Below, one piece after another: positions 26,129 to 38,565 of a stretch of DNA of 64,000 bases. Position 1 is the first letter of the stretch. Each line of letters begins with the position of its first letter. The notes beneath the pieces were generated by a model that had not been told where the DNA came from, made no database searches, and saw only the letters and a program-made list of their open reading frames with translations. Both the position numbers and the translations under genes were made by a program. Origin of the DNA: Sphagnum compactum (taxonomy: Eukaryota); the NCBI GenBank assembly GCA_965153455.1, contig OZ234493.1, positions 35,330,213 through 35,394,212 of the forward strand. Reading direction: 5' to 3'.

Positions 26129-27978
26129 TCCACCAACACAACAAATGGATTTTCACGGAAAAAAAAGGCCCAAACTCGCCAGATTTCAAAGAAAAAAAAT
26201 CGAAATCGCTAGATATAGATGATAAGTTCCAGTGGGTAGCCAAGAATATAGAAAGATTTTTTTCCTTTTTTTATTTTCATATCTAGTATGTAACCAAATT
26301 TGGCTAAATTATTTTCTCACTAATTTAATTTTATCTGTTGTGTTATCCTTAAAAAGAAAGCCTTGTGGGAACCACATCCGTACAGGGTACAGCACATACA
26401 TCCAGTGCAAAAGATGGTACTTTCATTTGCTGCTATGATGGTGCATTCACACTTGAAGTTAAGTCGATGTTAAATGAGATGTCCGTACCGTCCGGAATCA
26501 GGGGAAGGAACTTCCTTCCTTTACAATATATAATAATTATGACAAAATAGAACCCATGTGCCCCCTTAGGGACATGTTGGCGTGGCGTGCCTTTAACACC
26601 TTGAAAAGGGTTTCGAATGATAAAATATCTAATGTTGTGTTCAATATATTTTGTTTGGAGACAGTTCCAAACTGGTGTGGTCTATGTGAAAAAAAATGTG
26701 TTTTCTAGAGAATACTTATACACATTTTTCTATGACCCTCAATATGAACCTACTCACTAGTTATTGAAATGTATGTGCTAGATCATCACGAATTTGACCT
26801 AAGTTAAGCCATGAAATCAACATTGTAATCGCAATTTTAGATTGTCATTGGATATACGACATCAAGTTGTACAAATGTTGCGCTTAAGTGAGTGAGCGAG
26901 GAGGAGGATTTTAAGCCATTTCAAGATGGTATGTGTGGAGTCAACGCATGTGTACGAGAAATTTTTTTTGTGTTGTGTCTCGCAAACCGGGGTTAGGGCC
27001 ACTATGATGGCATGCGTGGTCCTCTCTTTTTCAAAGAAAGAACCGGTGGATGATGCGGGTTGGGCAATGGACTAGTCCAAAAAAACTAAGAACAAGGTTT
27101 GGACGTGGAACCAATTGGTTTTCAAAATAATCAAAAGAACCGGTCCAAAGAACCTACCTTAAACCATGGGTTCTGGGTGGGTGGGTTCTTTGAAGAAACT
27201 TGGCTGGTTCTTTTGAAATTTTCAAAACCCCAAAACCCAGAGGTAATTTTATTCTGAAGTTTTATAAACCCTGAACTGCCCAGAACCGTAGGTTGGAACA
27301 AAATCAAAGAACCACCCATATATATATATGGATATATCTAACATGGGTTTTCTCCACACTATTAAGGTTAAATAAATGTGAATGTAACCACAGTAACGCT
27401 TTTGAGATGGTTGGTTTGCTGGGATGGCATTCATTCATTGGCTCTGAGCAGGGAAACTACTACACGCCCTACTACCCTGACTATTCAGGTAGCTAAAACA
27501 AGTAGGTCAGTAGCTGAAAATAGCTAGCTCATGAGGAAGATAGCAACCTCAACTGTGGATGATATCCGTCACCTTTCATTGATACTTCTTGCATATGAGG
27601 TTCAACATCCAAGGGGGCCTTGGAGCAGATCCAGCTGTGCCCAGCATGCGACTCTGAAAATTCAAATTAGATGAAGAAAAGTCAAAACATGGCAGTTTGA
27701 GCTCTGGACTCAACAAGTTAAGTTTTGGCCCTGCATTTTTCAGAGTATGTTGAGGCTCGTATGAGGCCCAGCAAAACCTGATACCCCTGCCAGAGAAGAG
27801 TGTAATAAATGTGATCTGGCTGCTGCTCCCTGTTTCTGATTGGTCAATCATAATGATTCGTCCAGATGGGCTGCTATTAGTAGTTCCCCCATCTATTTGA
27901 GGTTCCAGTTTTAGTTTTATGGGTAAGATTTGGAAAAAAAAGAGTAAATAACTAAACATTCATTGTCAGAAACATTTC

Positions 27979-28161
27979 TGCAGGGGTCACATTCGGAGCA
28001 CCACTCCATCTGCTCTAAGTAGAGTTGGCTACCACATGGCCTGTATGCGAAGTAAATAACTAAACTCAGATGTGAGAAATAGTTTTTTGCAGGGTCACAT
28101 ATGGAGAGCACCACTCCAGCTGCTCATATTAGAGTTGGCAAGGTAACATGGCCTGTATGCG
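27979..28161. repeat. Diverged ~70-bp direct repeat (two copies ~110 bp apart)
   Basis: tgcagg(g)gtcacat..gagcaccactcca.ctgctc...tagagttggc...acatggcctgtatgcg at ~27979 and ~28088. Confidence 0.8.
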
Positions 28162-30600
28162 CAGAAAGAGTTTCAGAAATTCATAATTTTTTAACTCAAG
28201 CATTGCATCATATTATGTGACATCATGATTCATACATTGTTCAAAATGCCAAGTCAAACCTTATAATTAACATGGCACAAAATTTATGGTGGATGGTTCA
28301 ATTTGAATTCTAATCTTTGAATACAAATTTTTATGATTTTATATAACAAACATCGATCGATCAAGGGTCATTTGATGGTCAAATAAAGATCGAACCCGAA
28401 TTAGTCTTGGATTAACAGTTATCAAAGGGCGTTGCCCATAATTTTGATTAAGGTAAAAAATCATACTTGCCTCTTTGGATGAAGTTTCTTGGAAAGGTTT
28501 CATTATCGATTCATAGATGTAACGTGTTTATTGAAATCATTGATGAAAATGCAGGCTAGAAGCTGATGAAGACCCTTTTTCTTTTCCTCTTAAAGTAACG
28601 TTGGATGAATGCAATTTTGAATACATAGAACCATGACGGAGTTAAGGGTCAAATTTTGACATTAGGTTGATTGATTATGATCTGAATTGGGTTAGGGTTG
28701 GGCTTGGTTGAAGCAATTTGTTTTCTCTTAACATGATGGTTCCTTTGCAATCATGCAAAGGTGGGGTGTGGCTCCATCACAAGTTATATTTTCAACTATA
28801 GTATTTTACTATTAGTTTTTATAAATTTTTGGGGAGGGTTTTTATCAATATCCCAAAGACGAACCAACATCCAACGTGGACGGACGATTATATAATGAGA
28901 TTATAAGGCATGCACAAAAGTCGACAACGAGACGACGGTGCTATTGCTACGACCTCCCTTCGCTTTGCACCACCCAAAATAATACAGATGCCAGATTATT
29001 TTTTTGTTGCCCCGTGAATGGGTACAATCGCAAGAGAGCAAACAAGTGCGACAAACAAGGTTCAAATTTGGGGTAGTTTGTGTGAGTAAAATACAGGCCC
29101 TTGGTTCAAACATGTTGGGCCAAAGGGGGGAAATGCACAATTTGAGGTTCAGAACTTTACTTAAAAGTGGGACGGTGAAACCCCTTTTCTAGTGTGTAAA
29201 GTGCAAAGGCATCAAGCACGAGACCTATCTCCCACCTGCCACAATTCCTTCCCCGCCTCCCCGACCCTCCAATATATATATATATATTGCGAACAAGATG
29301 TACTTACTTCACCCCCTCCGTCCCCTTAATATGCCCCCCGCTCCCCCCCCCTCCATAGTTTTTGATGCGGGCATGCAATCGATCGATCCAATGCTCATAA
29401 AATATGTGTACAATCCGCACACATGAATTTAAATCTTTTCTTTTTGGTTGCTCACCTTGTTCCGCATCCCGCCTCCTTTCTTCTCTTTGGGACGGACTCC
29501 CCACCAATGTCAACGTTTTTGGCCACTTCGTGACCCAAAAATTCCGGATTTTCATGCAAAGGAAAAAAAAATTTAAACAAATTGGAAAAAAAATGCACCA
29601 AAGTGACCAGATATCGGGGGAAAATATTTCCGAATTTGCCATACAATAGTTACGTTATCATTTTCGAAATCTTTGTTGGCGATTTTGTTTGTTTTCATTT
29701 TTCATTTCGACCATCAAAATAAAAATTTCCTCACATTCCGGCACCCTCAAAGACCCGGCCATGTAGACTTGAATTAAACCATATGACCATCTACGCACTT
29801 GATAGCAGCAGAATTCTTAAATTTTTTCTACTTTCTTTTCTTACCTGTAGCCAAATTTGGCTAATTCCTCTTATGGACCATTGCCACTGTGCCTACCAGG
29901 GTTTCTTTTATGGACTTTGCGATGTAACCAAACTGATGATCGTCCAGAAAATAATTTAGCCAAATTTGGTTACATTATAGATATCATTGTAGAAATAAAA
30001 CAGAATCCTTCTATATTCTTGGCTACCGCATAGAAGTTATCGTAAGACTTTGGTGATTTGGAATTTTTTTCAATTCAAAATCTGGCAAATTAAGGCCATT
30101 TTTTTCCAATGAAAAACCCTTTGTATATAGGTTGAAACCATATTTTTCAGGATGAAATTTGGCAAAATTTGCTAGTAAAAGAAACACCAGTATCAAAAAA
30201 TTGAAAAAAAAAACACAAACAAATAAACAAAAATAACAACTCATGAACTCTTGTGGAAAGGAAGTGATATTAAATGAATCAAATAAAAGTATAATTTGGT
30301 TTCTTATTATTGCAAAAGCCGAAGTTGGAAAAGTTTGGACCACATTGTCTTTTCATGGTCATGGGACTCCTTCACAAGTTTAGATGAAGGAAAGAAAAAG
30401 ATGTTGATATATTTATGTACTTGAACGTCTTTTTTTCAATTTGTTATATTTATATGAATTTCATTGAAAAACAACTGTTTTGCTAAATATATGGTATGGA
30501 AGGCATGGATACCCATCTACAACCTATGTGATGGGGTTGGCATTGGTTGTATTACAAAATTTCACCAAAATGCAAAAAAAATTCAAATTATATATATATA

Positions 30601-33600
30601 AACCCGACAGCTCACCTGTTGACGCGCGGTTGTCCAAGATGGAGGTGGCAATCGAGGACATTGCATCTCTTACGGCCTCTGGCAACCTTGCGGTCAACCA
30701 ACTGATGGCACGCGAGGCAGCCGCGGCTGTCACAGCCAAGGCTGCTTCTGCGGAAGAGCCCAAGTGGACCACAGTGATGGCCAAGAACGTGCGTGTCGCA
30801 ACCCCGCTTTGAAGAAATGTGAGGATGACACTCACACTCCCGAAATGGGGACTTGAGAGTCCTCCGGGACTCCCAAAAATTTAGAGTTCGATTGCAGGGG
30901 TCAAAACACCTCGCCTTGAGGTGATTTTTATACTGTTGGAAAATTCTTGAAGCGCAGATGTCGAAAATGGCCTTGCATGAGCCATTCGGACATCTACAAC
31001 ACAAGTTATGCATGAAAGAAGGGCTGGGAGTCAAACTGGCAATTTGACTCCCGACCACTAAAAGTCGGGAATCGACCTGACCCTGGTGTGTGCAGGTGAA
31101 GTGCGACACTCCGTTGGAAAGCTCTTGAGGAGAGCTACAAGTCTGTTTCAGACCTCATCTCAATCAGAAGTCTAAGCAAGAAGTTATGAACTCCCAAAGT
31201 CCCGAGAGTCCAAACCGGGACAATTTCGGGACTCCCCCTTGGGAGTCCCGGGAAAAAGTGTCATTCGGATGTAGGTGTCGCGGAGTAACGTAGAGAATTC
31301 GCAACCGAGCTCTTCGTCAACGGCACTCGGATTTGCCCACCCTCCTCTATCTAAGGCCACAGGGACCAGAGAGACCTATGCATGGTATTATGGAACATGC
31401 ACGGGGGTGGTGTAAATAAACTAGAAATGGGGGTGCAAATACTAGAGCTATTTCAGGATGCTGACCTTGTGTTATTAACCGAAACCTGGCACTTCTCAGG
31501 TCAACATTTGCCACACGTTGAAGGGTTTGACTCACTTGCGATAGCGCGCACTGTGCAGCTGGGAAGAACAAAAGCGATAAAACATAGCGGGGGGGTTGCC
31601 GCTTACTTTCGCAGCCACCTCGGCCCAAACCTGTCACAGTAGAAGGAAGGAAGCCACAATTTTTATTTATGGCTACGGGTCAGCAGGGGTGCTGCCCCTG
31701 ACTTGTATGTCTACGTGGTGTATGCTACCCCTGTTGGCTCCAAACACGAGAACAAATCCTCGTTCCAAAACCTGGCAGCAAATATTGCTGAAGTTCAAAC
31801 TCTAGGGGGCATAGTATTATTGGGAGGGGATTTTAATGCGCGAACTGCAACGTTACCAGATACCATCGACACTAGCAACCTTTGTGAACTGTTACAAGCG
31901 CCTGAGCTCGCTCAGACTAACCAACCAAGTGTTGTGGCTAAGCATCAGAACCGCGACGCCAGTGTTGGCGACTGGGGCTGCGAGCTCCTGGACTTATGTT
32001 GTGACGTTGGGTTGCTCATCCTCAACGGCCGGACACCTAGTGACGAATCAGGGGAGTTCACTTGTTTGGCAAATGGGGGGAGTAACATTCTCGATTATAT
32101 TGTTGGCTCACCTGCAATTTGGCAAGCTACTACACACCTCGAGGTGATAATAGACGACACCCGCTATTGCGCGATGGGGGGAGACTTTGACCACAGGCCG
32201 TTACACTTACGGTTGAGCATCGATTGTAGCTTTGTTGAGTCACAACATACAGTTGTAACAAAAAAATTCTTACCTTGGTTCAAATATGATAAATCAAAAG
32301 TTGAAAAGTATCAGCTTGCCCTAGCAGCGAATCTTGGAAACCTATGGGTTGTTGACTCAATCGGGCATCTGGGGGCAGACGGGTTAGTTGACCTACTGCA
32401 GCAGTGCGTGGGTGCTGCAGCAGAGTCTACTTTTGGCAATAAGCCTTCAGGAGGAAACTGCAGAGCGCGACATTGCCATAAACCCTGGTTTGATGCTGAC
32501 TGTCGTATAACGAAGCGGGAGCTGAGGCTCTGGCTGAAAGCCAACCCCGATTCGCACGCCGCTAAACATCAGGCAAGTAAACTCAAAAATTTATTTTAAA
32601 AAAAAAGGATTTTCTAGGAAACTGCAAGAGCTCAACATATGTGTACGCTTGCCAAGGTGGATGCACTCTCGTTCTGGAAAAAGTACCAGCCAAGGGCACC
32701 TGTTGTGGACAAATCAGTGTAGTTACGCTTTTGGAAGGCTTCCACGGGCTAGTTGGCCAGTCTCCGCCACCCATACGGCTACGAATTGATCACTCGGCCT
32801 AGGTGACGGAACCTGCACCTAGCCACACCCTAAACACAAATATCACACTTGCTGAGTTGCTTTAGGCACTAAAGAAGCTACAAAGGAATAAGGTTGTTGG
32901 TTTGGATGGTATGAAAGCTGAGTTCATTTTGGATGTGGGAGAGCTACTACACATGCCACTATTGACAGTGTTCAACTGCTTTCTAGCGGAAGGCTTTCCA
33001 GAAGCCCTTTCCACTAGGGTGGTCCACGCGCTCTTTAAAGGGGGCGATGCCTCCGAATTTGACAACTACAGAGGGATAATTGTTGGGCCTATCCTAACAA
33101 AGCTGTTCGCTATGATCCTTGACAAAAGGCTGAGCGAGTGGGCTGAACAACATGGGCTGCGTGCCAAGGGTCAAGCTGGGTTTCGCAAAGATTACCGCAC
33201 TACTGATCAACTCTTCATATTGCGAACTTTGATAAAACAAATTAAGGCAAAAAAGAAGCCACTATACTGTTGCTTTGTGGACTTCAAAAAGGCGTTCGAT
33301 ACTGTGCCACGTGAAGTGCTATGGGAGGTGTTGGCTAGCCTCGGGGTGGAGGGACGATTTTTGCGATGCCTACAGGCGATGTATACCAAGGATACCATAT
33401 GCATCAACCACCCAAGCGAAGGTGTCACCTCCAGCTTCGGGTGCCAACATGGTGTGAAGCAAGGTTGCCCTCTCAGCCCCTTATTGTTTGGGCTATGTTT
33501 GGATGCCCTGGAGGGGCGCTTAGACGGTAGAGAATGTGATGCACCGACCCTAGCAAATGTGCACGTATGGCTGTTGCTTTTTACAGATGACCTTGCTCTC

Positions 33601-34030
33601 ACGTTAGAGTCAGAGGTGGGACTACAGGACCAGTTAAACGCGCTCCAACAGTTCTGTGCTGAACGTGGACTTACAGTGAATGTGAAAAAAACAAAAGTCA
33701 TGGTGTTCAACTTTGCTGACCCATGCCAAGAGTTTGTGTTTGAAGATGATGTTATTGAGCATGTGCAGACCTTCAACTACCTGGGGATCCTGCTCGAGAC
33801 CACCACGAACCTGGACAGTGCAGTGGAACATTTAGCAGCTACCGGTAGGCGCTCGTTGTTCGCATTGAACCGCCGTTGTGTGGAGCTACGTATTATGGAC
33901 GTCCAGTTACGTTGTGACCTCTTCAACACGTTGGTGCGTTCCACAGCAAGTTATGCATGTGAGGTTTGGGTGGATTCCAAGAAAATAGAAGTTATTGAAG
34001 TACTATACCGAGGGTTCCTCAAGTCCTTGC
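30601..34030 (+). mobile_element. Decayed non-LTR retrotransposon (RTE group, two-ORF/RTEX-like): ORF1 remnants plus APE endonuclease and reverse transcriptase
   Basis: APE motifs: LWNMHG, LLTETW, SGGVAAY, LGGDFNAR, LDYIVGS, DHRPL. RT motifs: GLDG, NYRGI, QAGFR, FVDFKKAFDTV, GVKQGCPLSPLLF, LFTDDL, YLG. Disablements: stops at 31640, 32597, 32615, ~32800 and ~32862, plus a frameshift at ~32711. The element is 3' truncated and visibly more GC-rich than its flanks. Confidence 0.92.
30794..31297 (+). mobile_element. Fragment of an abundant LTR-like repeat (starts TGTCGCAACCCC) interrupting LINE ORF1
   Basis: TG start immediately after ORF1-like coding sequence. Diverged homologues occur at ~34850-35375 (inverted), ~36615-36770, ~37400-37770/38570-38830 and ~62600-63000. 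Confidence 0.7.
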
Positions 34031-34048
34031 CAAAAAGTCCCAAGTTCT

Positions 34049-34821
34049 ACGTGAAAGCACATTAAGCCCCCTAAAAATTGTAATCACAAGTTCAATGTTT
34101 TTGTAATTATTTTTTTGGTTAATGTATGGACATCACGCCTTGGATTATTTTGTTTGTTTTAAATATATTTGATTAAACTTTAGACTTAAGCTAGTTAATT
34201 ATTTTTTTAATGCAACAAAATCGAAAAATTTGAACATATGGAATGTATATTTGCGACAAAATAATATATGCCATAAAATTTAAAATTTTGTATATATATT
34301 TCAAAACTAAGGTTATGGGTGGAAATTTTGGTGAATTTTTTAAAGGTCGTGAATGGTATTGATATACATCAATTAAATCTACAACCATAAAGAAATTTGA
34401 AATCTTTGGATGAAATTCCATTCAAAAAGTTATTTTTCATATTTTTTCGTAGTAAATGATAATAATTTTCCTTTTTAAGAATAATCCATTACCATATGAA
34501 AGAGGAGGAGATTTTATAGATCGTCATTACATTATTTTTTCAATTTTCTTATGTTTGGTAATGGATGTTGAAAAAATGTAAGTTATATATTCTATGTACA
34601 TTGATTTTATCTAATCCTTTTCACCTAACCATTGGATCAAGATTAATCTTGATTCAAAGTGAATTTTGAGTTCCAAAATGTTGTCATGCACATTTTTAAT
34701 TTTTTTGCTTGTGTTTAAGAGAAAAGGATGCCATCAAGATTTTAATCTATAACATACTATGATATTCATTATACATCACCTCTTTGATGAAAAATGGTTC
34801 ACATTTAATGTGCTTTCACCC
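34049..34821. mobile_element. Non-autonomous TIR element (GGTGAAAGCA family)
   Basis: GTGAAAGCACATTAA (34051-34065) is the exact reverse complement of TTAATGTGCTTTCAC (34805-34819). Flanks TTCT/TTTT. Confidence 0.7.
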
Positions 34822-35379
34822 TTTTCCAAAATGGTAGGCACAAAAATTCCTAAATTTGTTGAGTCATGAATCTTACAACTTTGTTAGTTCATATTTTTGT
34901 GTAAGAACTCTAATTAAGGATTTTTCAAGAAAAAAATTGTAGCCCTTGAATAGACCTTTCCAATGCCATATAACATGATTGATCCAATCAAAGGTAATTT
35001 TATCCTTGTTTCTTGAATTTTAATGGTTAGTTGTTTTTGGCCATAACTTGTGTTTCAAATCTTCAAATGGAAAATGCAAGCTCACTTTGGAAATTTACTT
35101 TTTAAGACCTTTTCAATAGTCAAAAGAAGGCATGATTTGCATAAGGTTTGATCCCCCAAACCTTACTCCAAGATTTGAAACACCACAAGGATTTGAACTT
35201 TCAAAATAGGAATCCATTTATGTTCCAATTATCCAATTATAAGTGTTGGGACTCACTTTCTTGCATTCTCCCACACTCTCATTATGGGAATGTGCTTGAG
35301 TTTTAAAACACTTTCACGACCACTTCGTTCCTCATTTTAGCCTTGGTCATAAGCTTAAGGTCAAGGTCACAACAACTAT

Positions 35380-35515
35380 CACTACAACAAAAGGTATCCT
35401 TGTACACCAAATGATTTCACTAGATTTTGAGTGAATTCTTTGGTCCTAGTGAATGGGACCTAGGGGGGGGTGTAGTGAATTCACTAGTCTAGTGAACAAG
35501 AACTAATGAACCGCA
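35380..35515 (+). mobile_element. CACTA (En/Spm) transposon terminus with subterminal repeats; partner end not found
   Basis: CACTACAACAAAA at 35380 followed by repeated TTCACTAG/CTAGTGAA motifs in both orientations. Confidence 0.6.
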
Positions 35516-35815
35516 CCCACATTTGATAGTACTTAGTGTATTATGTGGTTGAAAATTGGAGGATCATACCATTACTCTTGAATCTGCAAATGGTCATTGG
35601 AGGAAACTTGGGTTTAACAACTTGACTTCCATGCTAATGGAATATATAACGAATTTTGGGGGATTATTTGAAGGGGATGTGGCATCCAAGTAGGTCTATT
35701 TTGGCATGGATTACATGATTATTTTTCAAGGTATGAAAATAGGGGTGATGATGCAATTGAAAGAAAATTGCAATACCTATGCACCCCATTGTAGGGCAAT
35801 TTGGGTTGGGGGAAA

Positions 35816-36424
35816 AGGTGAAAACACACTAGGGTGGAACAAAAATGGCACATCATGAAAGTTTATTTGAGGTTAAAATACACTTCATAAGCCAAAAAAT
35901 ATATATGTACCTTCAATCACATGGGTTGTGCACCAAGGTGTCATAAAGACTTTAAAACATTTTAGCTTAATTTTTCATAATCTTATATTTGAAAGATGAC
36001 ATCTAAACTATGAATATTAATATTTTTTTTAAAAGTCTCATAATCTCATGTACATCTTAAAATTCGATCATCAACATCCTTCCATTACTATTGATGTCAT
36101 CACATCATACAATATCCTTAGTATCAATCTCACCACACCATATTATCATTGAGTCATTCATTCACTAAAGGGCACTATATGAAAATTTATCCTTGACTTA
36201 GAAAATAAATTTATATAACTTTAAAAGTCCACAACAAATTGGATCTTAAATATTTTGTCATGAATTATTTACATTGCATAAATTGATGAATGAATTCATT
36301 GTTGATGTGAAACCCATTCCATTATTTACACATGTAAATTAGAACTAGCTATTATTGAAATTTTGAAACTACAAAACTGGATTTTCAAACATCTAAAGTG
36401 TTCCACCCTAATGTGCTTTCACCT
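35816..36424. mobile_element. Non-autonomous TIR element (GGTGAAAGCA family)
   Basis: 26-bp TIRs AGGTGAAAACACACTAGGGTGGAACA / TGTTCCACCCTAATGTGCTTTCACCT with 2 mismatches. Flanks GAAA/AAAA. Confidence 0.8.
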
Positions 36425-37771
36425 AAAACTAGTAATGTAAATTCAACTTTTATTTTGCAACTTTATTGCATATTCATCACATCCTTATGCTTTCTAGTTT
36501 TCTTTTTGGTTTTATACATGTGATTTCTAATTGGATTGGGTGAAATGTTTGGGGTTCTATAGGTTATTATTTTTGGATAAAAGGAAAAAGAAGGTTTGAC
36601 ATATTTTAACTCATTTCACTACCTTAGCCCTAGGTTCATGACCAAGGTTAAAGCACGAATAGGGAAGTGGGTTGGGAAAATGCCCTAGAACTCAAGCATG
36701 CTCCCATAGGTATGGGAGAAAAACAAAGAAAATGGATCCTAACACTCCCAAATGCATTCACATGTTGGGAGTAAACACAATAAACTGAGTCATAGTGTAT
36801 GTGGATAATGTTTAAAATTGTAATTTTGTATATTTGAAAAATCACAAGGGGAGCACAATAAATTGGATCATCGATTTTTTTCTTTTTTAGGTTCCATTAG
36901 TTGCAAAATATTTCAATGTTCAAAATTTGATGCAAATTGATGATGTCCCAAGAGTAATTTTGCAAGTTCAAAGCATATGTGGACAATATTTTTTTCAAAT
37001 GTTCTTTTCTTTATTCAAATGTGCACCATTATTTTTCAAGATTGGAAAGGATATTATTAATGATTATCAAAAGAGAAAAAGACACTTGAAATCAATGAAA
37101 TTATTTTTTACAACACATACTAGCACCTTTAGTTCAAATGTGATTTTGGCCCTAAATTTTATGAAATTTGAGGATATGTCTTTAACAAATGTTTCTCTTT
37201 TATAATGTGGTAAAGAAAATGGATGTATAATACATGTGATATAGGACTAAGATGTGTAAAAAATATTTATATCTAACACAATGGAAAACTATGTTTGAGA
37301 AATGAAAATTTTAAGATGATAGACATGATGCCACATGTTAAATGCAATCCTTGAAGAGAATTAGAACCTTGGCACCTTTAGCTTTTTTTTATTGTATTTG
37401 CACCCCTTTAGGAGTTCGAATCCCATGGTGTCCCAAATATTTGGAACAAGGTGGATAGGGCATCAAACCTTGTTTGAATTGGGCCTTTTTAAAACCATTT
37501 AAAAGGCCTTAAAAAAGAAATGTCCAAAGTGGCCTTACATTCCCAATTTGGAAGTATGAAGTGGAAATTACATGTAGCCAAAAAAATTGTCAGGAGTCAA
37601 ATGACATTTGAATGGAACATGCAATACAATGTAATTGGAAAACTTTGTTCAAAGCTTATAATTTTGCATTTGAGAACTCTTAAATTAGAGTCCATATGAA
37701 GAAGTTACGAGCCCACAACTTTTTGGGATTCATAACTTGTTAGTTTTGGAAATTTCTGGGACTCCCATCTT

Positions 37772-38565
37772 GGGTGAAAGCATGGTGTTGTGGACCAAAG
37801 TGGCACATGAAAAGTCCACACGAGAATACGCAATTTTTTCAATCCCTTTGTTAGCCCTTTCACAATTCCAACATCCACGTTATACTCATTTTTGAAAGTT
37901 CATAACTTTTTTTAAAAATGGTTAAATCACCTTGGTCTATAGCTTATTTTCTTCCTATATAAGTCTATTATAATGATTAATATCAATGTTGACTTTTTCT
38001 TACATTTCATTTATTTATTTATTTTTCCAATCGTAGTTATATATGAATAGGAAAATTGTTAGATGTTGATCATGCCTTGGGCCTTATTGAATGGATTATT
38101 GCTTTAAAACCATTCTTCTTCATAATACAAACATATTGTTCCTAGATAGTTTTTTTCAATTCTTCATTTTTATGTCAATTATGGACTTTTAAGGATATTT
38201 CAATTCAAAATGCACATGAAGATAATTTTATTTTTTTTCTTGAATTTCAGTTTCCACATGTCATGTATAGTATGTTTGATCAACTCATGTGATTGAAATT
38301 TAGGATTTTTTTAAATGAAAACAAAGTCCACATAATTTGTTACAGGACACATCTATTGCTTTAAAAGTCCAAAAACACTATGCAACCAATTTTAATTGCA
38401 AAAATGTTTTGTGCATTTCACTACATATATAAACTACCATACACATTTGAGTCCAAACCATACAATATTCGATCTACTTATCATGTAGCCTTTTATTAAA
38501 TTTCATCTCTTGAAAAAACAATGTTTGTGATGTCCATTTTGGAACTATGTACCATGTTTTCACCC
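37772..38565. mobile_element. Non-autonomous TIR element nested in an LTR-like repeat copy, with a 4-bp TSD (TCTT)
   Basis: GGGTGAAAGCATGGT / ACCATGTTTTCACCC, with TCTT on both sides. The host repeat resumes after the element. A related left end and interior lie at ~42247-42520. Confidence 0.78.
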
